Assembly: GCA_037443265.1 (NCBI GenBank)
Contig: JBBIOR010000002.1
Coordinates: forward strand, 37,507 to 88,948
Direction: 5' to 3'
DNA from: Candidatus Fraserbacteria bacterium
Lineage (GTDB): Bacteria > Bipolaricaulota > Bipolaricaulia > RBG-16-55-9
Length of the DNA: 51,442 nt
Of this stretch, positions 7,247 to 15,975 are shown one piece after another. Each line of letters starts with the position of its first letter. Positions within the stretch are counted from its first letter, which is position 1. The translations under genes were made by a program, and so were the position numbers. The notes below the pieces were generated by a model, which saw nothing but the letters and a program-made list of their open reading frames with translations, was not told the DNA's origin and did not search any database.

Positions 7247-8524
7247 ATGTTCATTGATGAAGCGAAGATCTGTCTCGTCTCCGGGCGAGGCGGCGATGGC
7301 CTGATCAGTTTCCGTCGAGAGAAGTACCGCCCGAAGGCCGGCCCAGACGGCGGGGACGGCGGGCGTGGTGGCGACGTCATCCTTCGGGCCAACCCACACC
7401 TAAGGACGCTCGTTTCCTTCACCCGCAAGATCCACTGGAAGGCCGAGCCCGGCGGAGACGGCGGCCCCCATAATAAACGCGGCCGCGACGGAAGAGATCT
7501 CATCGTGGACGTCCCGGTGGGCACCGTGGTGAGAGATCTAAAGACAAAAGAAGTGTTGGCGGATCTCACCCAGCCTGGGCAGCAGGTCGTCCTCTGCCGC
7601 GGGGGCGAGGGCGGGCATGGCAACGCTCATTTTAAGACCTCTACCCGCCAGGCCCCTAGAATTCGCGAGCGGGGCGCGCCCGGCGAGGAGCGCTGGGTGG
7701 AACTCGAACTCAAGCTCCTAGCTGACGTGGGCATCATCGGCTTCCCTAACGCGGGAAAGTCTACGCTTCTTTCAAAGATCTCGGCCAAGCGCCCCAAGAT
7801 CGCCCCATACCCGTTCACGACACTTGAGCCCAACCTGGGCGTCGTACGGGTGGATGAGTTTACGGACTTCGTAGCCGTGGATATTCCGGGACTGATTGAG
7901 GGGGCACACGCCGGCCGGGGCTTGGGCGATAGATTCTTAAAACACATAGAGCGCACGAAGCTCCTCATTCATCTGATCGATCTTTCGGGTTGGGAGGGGC
8001 GCGACCCTATAGGAGATTTTCACACCATCAATCAGGAGCTTCAAGCCTTCTCTGAAAAACTCGCAGGGAAGCCTCAGATCGTGGTCGGAAACAAGATCGA
8101 TCTCATCGAGGAAGAGAAGCTCAAAGAGATCCGCGAGCGCTTCCGTTCCCTGGGCATTGAGTTGTACTTCATATCGGCGCTCACCGGCCAAGGGGTGCGC
8201 AAGCTTGTGCGGAGATGCCATGAAGAGCTTCAGAAGCTATCCAGCCCCCAGGTGCAGATAGAAAACCCGCCGCGGGACTGGAAAGTCTACTGCCCGCAAG
8301 TTTCCAGGACGGATTTCGTCGTCGAGCGGGATAAGGGTGGGTTCTACGTGCGCGGGCCGGCCGTGGCGCGCTTAAGCCGCCTATCGCTGGAAGAGCCGGA
8401 GGCTTTAGAATATCTGCAAGAGCAGCTCGAGCGGCTCGGCGTCTTTGCGGAGCTCCGCCGTCAGGGCGTCCGTCCGGGAGATCGAGTCCTGCTGGGCACT
8501 TGTGAGTTCGAATACCAGCCGTAG
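7247..8524 (+). CDS. obgE: GTPase ObgE/CgtA with a C-terminal OCT domain
   Basis: FRREKY, GPDGGDGGRGG, GFPNAGKS, YPFTTLEPNLG, DIPGLIEGAH, NKID. Confidence 0.97.
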   Translation: MFIDEAKICLVSGRGGDGLISFRREKYRPKAGPDGGDGGRGGDVILRANPHLRTLVSFTRKIHWKAEPGGDGGPHNKRGRDGRDLIVDVPVGTVVRDLKTKEVLADLTQPGQQVVLCRGGEGGHGNAHFKTSTRQAPRIRERGAPGEERWVELELKLLADVGIIGFPNAGKSTLLSKISAKRPKIAPYPFTTLEPNLGVVRVDEFTDFVAVDIPGLIEGAHAGRGLGDRFLKHIERTKLLIHLIDLSGWEGRDPIGDFHTINQELQAFSEKLAGKPQIVVGNKIDLIEEEKLKEIRERFRSLGIELYFISALTGQGVRKLVRRCHEELQKLSSPQVQIENPPRDWKVYCPQVSRTDFVVERDKGGFYVRGPAVARLSRLSLEEPEALEYLQEQLERLGVFAELRRQGVRPGDRVLLGTCEFEYQP

Positions 8525-8526
8525 GC

Positions 8527-8555
8527 TTGACAGAGGCCAAGCCATGTGCTATCTT
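8527..8555 (+). promoter_or_regulatory. Promoter of infC-rpmI-rplT-glyQS
   Basis: TTGACA-17-TATCTT with extended TG. Confidence 0.7.
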
Positions 8556-8618
8556 GGCTGCTGCATGGAAAAGAGGCTCCTCAAGCTGCTCTACGGCTTT
8601 GAATTTAGGAGGTAAGGC

Positions 8619-9173
8619 ATCGCTCACTGGCCAATTCGTAGGAACGAAGGGATTCGGGCAGAGGTGGTACGGGTCATTGACGAGAAGGGCGAGCAGCTGG
8701 GGGTCATGCCTCTAGCGCAGGCGATCGCGGAGGCCCGCAGACGTGGCTTAGATCTCGTAGAAGTCGCCCCACAGGAGAATCCCGTCGTCTGTAAGATCTT
8801 AGACTACGGCAAATATAAATATCGCCAGGAGAAGCGGGCGAAGAAGAGGCACAAAGTCCAGAAAGTCAAGGAGATGCGCTTTACGTCTCAGATTGAAGAG
8901 CACGACTTCATGACGAAAGTGCGCCACATCAAGCGCTTCCTGGAGGAAGACGACAAGGTGAAAGTCACGGTGGTCTTCCGCGGACGGGAGATCGTCCATA
9001 TGGACCGAGGGCGTGAGCTTTTAGAGCGGCTCGTCCGTGAGGTCGATGGGATCGGCAAGGTCGATCAGGCCCCCAAGCTTCAAGGCCGATCGCTCCAGAT
9101 GGTGCTGGTCCCCACAGGGATGAAGGAGAACAGCCATGGCAAGAAGGAAGAAGAGTCACAAAGGACTGGCTAA
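8619..9173 (+). CDS. infC: Translation initiation factor IF-3 with a non-canonical ATC start
   Basis: VRVIDEKGEQLG, LDLVEVAP, CKILDYGKYKY, FRGRE; the in-frame extension IAHWPIRRNEGIRAE contains the conserved NExIR; SD AGGAGGT ends 5 nt before ATC 8619. Confidence 0.93.
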   Translation: MAHWPIRRNEGIRAEVVRVIDEKGEQLGVMPLAQAIAEARRRGLDLVEVAPQENPVVCKILDYGKYKYRQEKRAKKRHKVQKVKEMRFTSQIEEHDFMTKVRHIKRFLEEDDKVKVTVVFRGREIVHMDRGRELLERLVREVDGIGKVDQAPKLQGRSLQMVLVPTGMKENSHGKKEEESQRTG

Positions 9174-9333
9174 GCGTTTCAAGGTGACCAAGACAGGAAA
9201 GATCTTGGGCCCCAAGAGTGGCTATCACCACAAGCAGATCAAGAAGAGTTCGAAGCGCACGCGCCAGGCCCGCCAGGGCCTGCAAGTGAGAGGCGCGCGA
9301 CGCAAGCGTTATCTTAAACTGCTCTCAGCGTAA
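9136..9333 (+). CDS. rpmI: 50S ribosomal protein L35
   Basis: KSHKGLAKRFKVTKTGKI; lies between infC and rplT; SD AAGGAG. Confidence 0.93.
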   Translation: MARRKKSHKGLAKRFKVTKTGKILGPKSGYHHKQIKKSSKRTRQARQGLQVRGARRKRYLKLLSA

Positions 9334-9380
9334 CACCCCTTTGGTATCGTTAAGCCAACGCAGAGAAGGGAGAGGACGCG

Positions 9381-9749
9381 ATGCGTGTTAAGGGCGGACC
9401 GAAGCATAAGAGACGAAAGAGAATCCTGAAGCTGGCCAAGGGCTTTAAGGGCAAGAGGCACTCGTGCTATAGAATTGCCAAGCAGCGCGTGATGAAGGCA
9501 TTAAAGAATGCCTACATCGGGCGCAAGCTAAAGAAGCGTGATTATAGAAGCCTTTGGATCATCCGGGTGAGCGCGGCCAGCCGAGCGCGGGGCCTGCCGT
9601 ACTCGCGCTTCATGCAGGGACTCCGTCAGGCGGGCGTGGGCCTCAACCGCAAGATGCTGGCGGATCTGGCCCTGCGCGATGAACAGACCTTCGATGAGCT
9701 GACGGAGCTGGCCAAGGCCCATCTGCCTGAGCTCAAAGTGCACGCATGA
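9381..9749 (+). CDS. rplT: 50S ribosomal protein L20
   Basis: [31 protein letters not shown]. Confidence 0.97.
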   Translation: MRVKGGPKHKRRKRILKLAKGFKGKRHSCYRIAKQRVMKALKNAYIGRKLKKRDYRSLWIIRVSAASRARGLPYSRFMQGLRQAGVGLNRKMLADLALRDEQTFDELTELAKAHLPELKVHA

Positions 9750-10621
9750 ACTTTCAGGATCTCCTCTTGGCTCTTCAGCACTACTGGCGTTCCCACGGCT
9801 GCCTGCTTGAGCAGCCTTGGGATATCGAAGTCGGGGCCGGGACGTTCCATCCGGCCACGTTCTTCGGGGTGCTCGGCCCGAAGCCCTGGAAGGTCGCCTA
9901 TGTGCAACCCAGCCGACGCCCCACCGACGGCCGCTACGGTGATAACCCGATCCGCATGCAGTTCTATTATCAATATCAAGTGATTTTGAAGCCTTCGCCC
10001 GACGACGTGCAGGATCTTTATTTACGATCGCTGGAGGACCTGGGCATCGATCTTAGGAAGCACGACGTCCGCTTCGAGAAGGACGACTGGAAGAGCCCCA
10101 CCCTGGGGGCCTCTGGGCTTGGCTGGCAGGTCGTGCTCGATGGCCTGGAGATCTCTCAATTCACGTACTTCCAGCAGATGGGAGGCACCGAGCTTGCACC
10201 CATCTCCTGTGAATTGACCTACGGCACGGAGCGAATCGCCATGATCCTGCAAGGGGTCGAGACCGTCTGGGACCTCCAATGGAACGACCAATATACCTAC
10301 GGCGAGCTCAAGCTACCCTTGGAGCGCCAGGGGTGCAGATACAATTTCGAGGCGGCAGATGTCTCCACGCTGCTTAAACTCTTCGAGATCCACGAGGCCG
10401 AGGCCAAAAGACTCCTGAGCGAAAGACTCGCAGGTTTGGCCTATGAGCAGATGGCCAAATGCTCGCATCTCTTCAATCTGCTGGAGGCCCGGCAGGCGAT
10501 CAGCACCACGGAGCGGGAGCGCTTCATCCAGCGAGTGCAGGAGCTCGCCCGCGGCTGCGCCCAGGCCTATATGGACTCAAAGGGAAAGACTCAGCCGCAG
10601 GCACAGGGCGCGACTAAGTAA
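9746..10621 (+). CDS. glyQ: Glycine--tRNA ligase alpha subunit
   Basis: [50 protein letters not shown]. Confidence 0.97.
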   Translation: MNFQDLLLALQHYWRSHGCLLEQPWDIEVGAGTFHPATFFGVLGPKPWKVAYVQPSRRPTDGRYGDNPIRMQFYYQYQVILKPSPDDVQDLYLRSLEDLGIDLRKHDVRFEKDDWKSPTLGASGLGWQVVLDGLEISQFTYFQQMGGTELAPISCELTYGTERIAMILQGVETVWDLQWNDQYTYGELKLPLERQGCRYNFEAADVSTLLKLFEIHEAEAKRLLSERLAGLAYEQMAKCSHLFNLLEARQAISTTERERFIQRVQELARGCAQAYMDSKGKTQPQAQGATK

Positions 10622-10633
10622 GCTCTCATTGCC

Positions 10634-12754
10634 ATGCGCAGAGATTTTTTATTAGAGATCGGGACGGAGGAGCTTCCGCCTCGGGAGTCTCCAGAGCTGG
10701 CAGCTCAGCTCAAAATCGCTGCCGAAGAGCTCTTTAAAGAGCATCGTCTTCACTTTGAGGCGACGGTTGTCTATTATACACCCCGGCGGCTGGTGTTGCT
10801 TGTCAAGGGCCTGGAGGAAGAGCAGCCGCCGGCCGTGCGCGAGATCAAAGGGCCAGCCAAAAGGATCGGCTTCGATGCCCAGGGAAAGCCCACTCCTGCT
10901 GCCTTAGGCTTCTGTAAGAGCCACGGCGCTCAGCCCGAAGATCTCTTCGTCAAAGAGACTCCCGAGGGCGAGTATCTCTTCTTGAAGAAGATGCTGGCGG
11001 GCCGTCCCACAGCGCAGATTCTTCCGGAGATCCTTCCCCGCCTGATCGAAAGGCTCACCCCTTCGGAGACGATGCGCTGGGATGACTCTGGAATCCGCTT
11101 CATCCGGCCCATCCGCTGGCTGCTTTGTCTCTTCGGCGAAGACCCCATCGAGTTTGCGTACGGGCACGTGCGGGCGAGTCATCTGACGCGGGGCCATCGC
11201 CTTTGGGCCAAGCGCCCGCTCCCTATCCGCAGCATCCCGGAATATTTTGAGGCACTCTCGCAAAACGGCGTGATCCTCGATCCGCTGGAGCGCCGGGCGC
11301 TCATCGAGGAGGCGCTGCGAAAGATTTCAAAGAAGATCAAGGCCCGCCCGGTCCTGGGGCCAAAGCTGCTGAGCGACATCGCCGACAATCTGGAACAGCC
11401 GGCTCCCGTCTTGGGTCGAATTGACGAAGAATTTTTGAAGTTGCCTCGGGAGATCTTGGAGACGACGATCATCGAGCACCAGAAATTCGTGCCCTTCTGC
11501 GTAGGTGAGAAGGCTTCGCCTTATTTTGTCGGCTTCCGCGACGGAGGAGGGGATAGCGACGGGACGGTCCGCCGGGGCTACGAGCGCGTGGTCAAAGCCC
11601 GCTTGGCAGACTCAAAATTCTTCTTTGAGACGGATCGCCAGAAGACCCTGGCCCAGCGGGCCTTGGAACTTAGAAGAGTCATCTATCATGAGAAGCTGGG
11701 CTCGATCTTTGACAAAGTCGAGCGCATGAGGAAGCTGGCCGCGGAGATCGCCACACGTTTGGGCTTCTCTGAACGTGAGGCCATCGATCGCACGATTCAT
11801 CTTTGCAAGGCCGATCTGCTCAGCGCCATGGTGGGCGAATTTCCCGATTTAGAGGGGATCGTCGGGGGCATCTATGCCGAACTAGAGGGCGAGAGAGAGC
11901 TGGTCAGCCGAGGGATCTACGAGCATTATCTGCCCAAGACGGCCGACGATCCCGTGCCCAAGAGCGTCACAGGCATTGCGGCCAGCCTGGCAGATAAGCT
12001 CGACACGGTCATCGGCTCGCTGCTTCTGGGCGAAGAGCCCACAGGTTCACGCGATCCGTTCGGGCTACGCCGCAAGGCCAATGGAATCATTCGCATCGCC
12101 ATCGAAGGTGAGCTCGATCTAGATTTCTACAAGCTCATCCGCGACTGCGAAAGGCTCTATATGTTCTTGCCGGAGCGTCGGCCCATCCAGCACGTCGAAG
12201 AGTTCTTCAATGAACGACTGTATCATGAGCTGCGGGGCGACTATAAGATTGCGTATGATGTCGCCGATGCGATCGTTGCCGTCGGGGAAGGAAACTTCTA
12301 TCGGGCGTTGCGCAAGGCGCGCACGCTCGAAGAGATCCGCCAGCATGAGCGCTTCCAGTCTCTAGTCATTGCCTTCTCTCGGGCAGCCAACATTATTGCC
12401 CGAGGGGGGCAGCCCTCTTTCAGCTTCGATCCCTCCCGCTTCCAAGAGGAGGCCGAGCGTGAGCTCTGGCGCGCGTATCTTAAGGCCGAGGGCCAGATTA
12501 AGCAGCTCTTGCCCCGAGGCGATTATGAAGGGATCATCGAGCGCCTGATCGCCCTCAAAGAGCCCATCGATCGCTATTTTAATGATGTGCTGGTGATGGC
12601 TCCTGATTCGTTCATTCGCCAGAATCGACTCGGATTTCTCTCTAAAATCGTTGAGCTCTTCCTCACGATCGGAGATCTCTCGAAGATCGTGGTCGAGGGC
12701 CAGCCAACCAAGGAAAGAACGAAAGCGAAGGCCGATGCCCAGCACTCAAATTGA
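10634..12754 (+). CDS. glyS: Glycine--tRNA ligase beta subunit
   Basis: LLEIGTEELPP, TPRRL, FIRPIRW, KADL...MVGEFPDLEG, TGSRDPFGLRR. Confidence 0.96.
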   Translation: MRRDFLLEIGTEELPPRESPELAAQLKIAAEELFKEHRLHFEATVVYYTPRRLVLLVKGLEEEQPPAVREIKGPAKRIGFDAQGKPTPAALGFCKSHGAQPEDLFVKETPEGEYLFLKKMLAGRPTAQILPEILPRLIERLTPSETMRWDDSGIRFIRPIRWLLCLFGEDPIEFAYGHVRASHLTRGHRLWAKRPLPIRSIPEYFEALSQNGVILDPLERRALIEEALRKISKKIKARPVLGPKLLSDIADNLEQPAPVLGRIDEEFLKLPREILETTIIEHQKFVPFCVGEKASPYFVGFRDGGGDSDGTVRRGYERVVKARLADSKFFFETDRQKTLAQRALELRRVIYHEKLGSIFDKVERMRKLAAEIATRLGFSEREAIDRTIHLCKADLLSAMVGEFPDLEGIVGGIYAELEGERELVSRGIYEHYLPKTADDPVPKSVTGIAASLADKLDTVIGSLLLGEEPTGSRDPFGLRRKANGIIRIAIEGELDLDFYKLIRDCERLYMFLPERRPIQHVEEFFNERLYHELRGDYKIAYDVADAIVAVGEGNFYRALRKARTLEEIRQHERFQSLVIAFSRAANIIARGGQPSFSFDPSRFQEEAERELWRAYLKAEGQIKQLLPRGDYEGIIERLIALKEPIDRYFNDVLVMAPDSFIRQNRLGFLSKIVELFLTIGDLSKIVVEGQPTKERTKAKADAQHSN

Positions 12755-13487
12755 CCGTACCCCAATCTACTTCCTGCAGGAGGGACAGGGCCGGCCGTTG
12801 CTCTTTGTGCACGGCTCCGGAGCAGATCATACCCTCTGGAGATCTCAGCATGAGGCACTCCGCAGTGAATTCTCCATCGCTTCACTCGATCTGAACGGCC
12901 ACGGCCAGAGCAAAAGACGCGCGGGCGATGGCCTCAAGATCTACACCCAAGACGTTCTGGCCGTAATGGGAGCCCTGAGAGAACCCGTCTTTCTCATTGG
13001 ACACTCTTTGGGTGGGGCCATCGCCCTAAACGTCGCACTGGAGAAGCCGCCCAATTTGAGGGCCATCGGGCTCGTGGGCACGGGAGCGAAACTGCGCGTC
13101 CATCCCCAGATTCTCTCTGCTGTGGCCACGGACTTTGAGGCGGCCATTGAGCTCCTTTTGGGCTGGGAGTTTCGCGCGGGCGCGCCCCGTGAACTCCTTC
13201 AAGCGCGGAGAGAGCAGCTAAAGCGCAACGGCCAAGCGGCTCTGCTGCGGGATCTTCTCACCTGCGATGCCTTCAATGTGATGGAGCGCCTCTCTGAAAT
13301 TGATCTGCCCGCGCTCGTTGTCTGCGGCCGGGATGACAAACTTACGCCCGTCAAGTATTCTCAATATTTGAAGGAGCATCTCCGTCACGCACAACTTGAG
13401 ATCATCGAGGGAGCCGGACATGACGTGATGCTGGAGCAGCCGCAGGCCCTAAGCGAAGCCATTCGCAAATTCGCACGACAACTCTGA
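12735..13487 (+). CDS. Alpha/beta-fold hydrolase
   Basis: FVHGSG, DLNGHG, GHSLG nucleophile elbow, GRDDKLTP, GAGH; start taken at MPSTQ. Confidence 0.85.
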   Translation: MPSTQIDRTPIYFLQEGQGRPLLFVHGSGADHTLWRSQHEALRSEFSIASLDLNGHGQSKRRAGDGLKIYTQDVLAVMGALREPVFLIGHSLGGAIALNVALEKPPNLRAIGLVGTGAKLRVHPQILSAVATDFEAAIELLLGWEFRAGAPRELLQARREQLKRNGQAALLRDLLTCDAFNVMERLSEIDLPALVVCGRDDKLTPVKYSQYLKEHLRHAQLEIIEGAGHDVMLEQPQALSEAIRKFARQL

Positions 13488-13499
13488 GGGAGGGATCCT

Positions 13500-13877
13500 A
13501 TGGCCTTCGTGATCACCCAAGCCTGCATCGGGACCAAAGCGACAGAATGCGAAAAAGTCTGCCCTGTGGACTGCATTCACCCGCGTGAGGGCGAAGCAGG
13601 CTTTGACGAAGTAGAACAGCTCTACATCGACCCGAAAGTCTGCATCAACTGCGGGGCCTGCATGGCCGTCTGTCCCGTGCGGGCGATCTATCCCGATAGC
13701 GATCCCTTATGGGGCGTGCCGGGCCCATTCCGCTATTTTATTGCGAAGAACGCCGATTTCTATCGCATGAGTTTGGAGGAGTTCCACAAGAGATATCCAC
13801 CGGGCAAGAGCCGCGAGCTCCTCAAGCAATATCTCCAGCAGCAGAAAGCGGCTGCCTCTCCTAGCACTCCCGGCTGA
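13500..13877 (+). CDS. 7Fe-type ([3Fe-4S]/[4Fe-4S]) ferredoxin with a C-terminal extension
   Basis: Cx7CxxxCPVDC and CINCGACMAVCPV; SD GGGAGG. Confidence 0.88.
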   Translation: MAFVITQACIGTKATECEKVCPVDCIHPREGEAGFDEVEQLYIDPKVCINCGACMAVCPVRAIYPDSDPLWGVPGPFRYFIAKNADFYRMSLEEFHKRYPPGKSRELLKQYLQQQKAAASPSTPG

Positions 13878-13938
13878 TGCGGGATGGCAAGAGAGCCGTC
13901 CTTCGAGTAAGCTAGCCTCTGGCCATGGGAGAGAATTT

Positions 13939-14910
13939 ATGATCATTCGTCCGTTTATGCCCAAAGATTATGCAGCTGTCGTCGAGATTGGCCAGCGCGT
14001 CTATCCGGAGTATCCCGACACGGTCGAGGAACTGCGCTTTATAGATACCCACCGCGATCCCAGGTGCCGCTTCCAGCGCTACGTCGTTGAGAAAGACGGC
14101 CGTCTGGTAGCCTACGGCCAATATGATCAATTCCCGACGATGTATCATCCCCAGAAGTTCGATGTCAGCATCCACGTCGATCCGGATCATCAAAATCAAG
14201 GGATCGGCTCGGCGCTCTATGAGCACTTGATGTCGGAGCTGGCGCCCTTCGATCCCAGGGCGATCCGCGCCCGCGCCCGCGAAGATCATAAACACAGCGT
14301 ACGCTTTCTCATAAAGCGCGGCTTTGTGGAACTCATGCGCGATTGGGAGTCCCACCTGGATGTGCAGAATTTTGATTTCACCCCCTATGAGGGGCACATC
14401 GAGCGCGTGGAATCCCAGGGAATTCGTCTTGTGCCCATCTCCCAACTGACCCGAGATCCAGAGCGCGATCGCAAACTCTATGAGCTCGAGAACGAGATCC
14501 TCAAAGACGTCCCTTTCCCTGATCAATTCACGCCCATGAGCTTTGAGCTCTATCTTAAGCGCCACATCCAGAGCCCCAATCTACTGCCCGATGCCTGGTA
14601 CGTGGCTCTCGATGGCCGTAGCTATGTAGGCACAAGCTCCTTGTGGAGATCCCAAGCCCGCCCCAAGGAAATCTACACGGGCCTGACCGGCGTGCGCCGC
14701 CCTTATCGTCGCCGAGGCATCGCCTTGGCGCTCAAGCTCAAGTGCCTGGCCTACGCCAAAGCCCACGGATACCGCATCATCAAGACGTGGAATGAGATCC
14801 ACAATCGCCCTATGCTCTCGATCAACGAACAGCTGGGGTTCATAAAGCAACCGGCCTGGATTACTTTCATCAAGGAGCTTGAGGGGAGCGTAGATGCTTC
14901 CTCTGATTGA
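13939..14910 (+). CDS. Tandem-domain GNAT N-acetyltransferase
   Basis: Two acetyl-CoA motifs (HQNQGIG, YRRRGIA); NRPMLSINEQLGF. Confidence 0.88.
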   Translation: MIIRPFMPKDYAAVVEIGQRVYPEYPDTVEELRFIDTHRDPRCRFQRYVVEKDGRLVAYGQYDQFPTMYHPQKFDVSIHVDPDHQNQGIGSALYEHLMSELAPFDPRAIRARAREDHKHSVRFLIKRGFVELMRDWESHLDVQNFDFTPYEGHIERVESQGIRLVPISQLTRDPERDRKLYELENEILKDVPFPDQFTPMSFELYLKRHIQSPNLLPDAWYVALDGRSYVGTSSLWRSQARPKEIYTGLTGVRRPYRRRGIALALKLKCLAYAKAHGYRIIKTWNEIHNRPMLSINEQLGFIKQPAWITFIKELEGSVDASSD

Positions 14911-15973
14911 GCTTAAGGGCACGCCTTTCGAGCAGGGCCTTAGGCACGGCCAGAAGGCCCGCGCGCGCATCCAGCACAATCTGAGTATCTACTTTGAGCG
15001 CTTCCAGACGGAAGGGCAGATCCCGCGCGCAGAAGTCGTGCGGCGGGCGGAAGCCTACTGGCAGGCGATCCAGACCCAGAGCCCCAACTACGCCCACACC
15101 CTACGAGGGATCGCGCAGGGCTCCGGCTGTGATTTGATAGACCTTGTCGCGCTCAATGTTCGCTACGAGCTTCTCTATCACCAATTTGCCGCGAAGGCCC
15201 TCGCCCATGGCTGCACATCATTCGCTATCCTGCCGGAGCACTCAGCCTATGGGCATCTCGTGATGGGCGAGAACTGGGACTGGATTCCCCAAGTGCAGGG
15301 CCTGATCCTGCACGAGCTTGAGGGGGATCTAGAAACGCTTTGCTTCACCGAGGCCGGGATTGCAGGCGGCAAGATCGGGCTCAATTCCTACGGCTTGGGC
15401 TTGGCTATCAATGGGCTCGTCTCAGCGGATGACGACTGGTCGCGCCTGGGCAAGCCGTTCCATGTGCGCTGCTATGAGATCCTTCGGGCGAGAGACCTCG
15501 ATCACGCTGTGAAGATCATCATGGAAGGTCCACGGGCGTGCTCGGCCAATTTTCTCATAGCCCAAGTCGACACTGGCGCCGTGGATGTGGAAGCTGCTCC
15601 CTTGGCCGCGCGGGCGCTCGCTCCCGAAGGGGGCTTGCTCACCCACACCAATCACTTTCTTGAGGCAGGCGCGCTCGGAATCATCGAGCCCATTACAGAA
15701 AAGACCCCTCATTCCCATCATCGTCTTAGGCGTATTCGCGATCTACTTTGCTCAAAGCACCCGCTCTCTGTGAACGATCTCAAAAGATATCTTCGGGATC
15801 ACGATGGATACCCCTATTCTGTCTGTCGTCACATCGATGAGTGTGAGCCCCCTGGAGAGCACTATCAGACGGTGACTTCCGTGATCATGGATCTACACGA
15901 GCGGGCCCTATGGATCAGTGACGGGCCGCCGTGCGAGAGCCCATATCAAGAGTTCCGCTTGCAAAGAGCATAA
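14894..15973 (+). CDS. Peptidase C45 / acyl-CoA:6-APA acyltransferase family Ntn hydrolase
   Basis: GTPFEQGLRHG, LNVRYE, G|CTSF autoprocessing site, GENWDW, HTNHF. Confidence 0.88.
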   Translation: MLPLIELKGTPFEQGLRHGQKARARIQHNLSIYFERFQTEGQIPRAEVVRRAEAYWQAIQTQSPNYAHTLRGIAQGSGCDLIDLVALNVRYELLYHQFAAKALAHGCTSFAILPEHSAYGHLVMGENWDWIPQVQGLILHELEGDLETLCFTEAGIAGGKIGLNSYGLGLAINGLVSADDDWSRLGKPFHVRCYEILRARDLDHAVKIIMEGPRACSANFLIAQVDTGAVDVEAAPLAARALAPEGGLLTHTNHFLEAGALGIIEPITEKTPHSHHRLRRIRDLLCSKHPLSVNDLKRYLRDHDGYPYSVCRHIDECEPPGEHYQTVTSVIMDLHERALWISDGPPCESPYQEFRLQRA

Positions 15974-15975
15974 TC

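Noticed and set aside
8556..8606. L20 leader RNA upstream of infC
   Set aside because: The leader is only ~55 nt with weak stems, and I could not match the known consensus by eye; an Rfam search is needed
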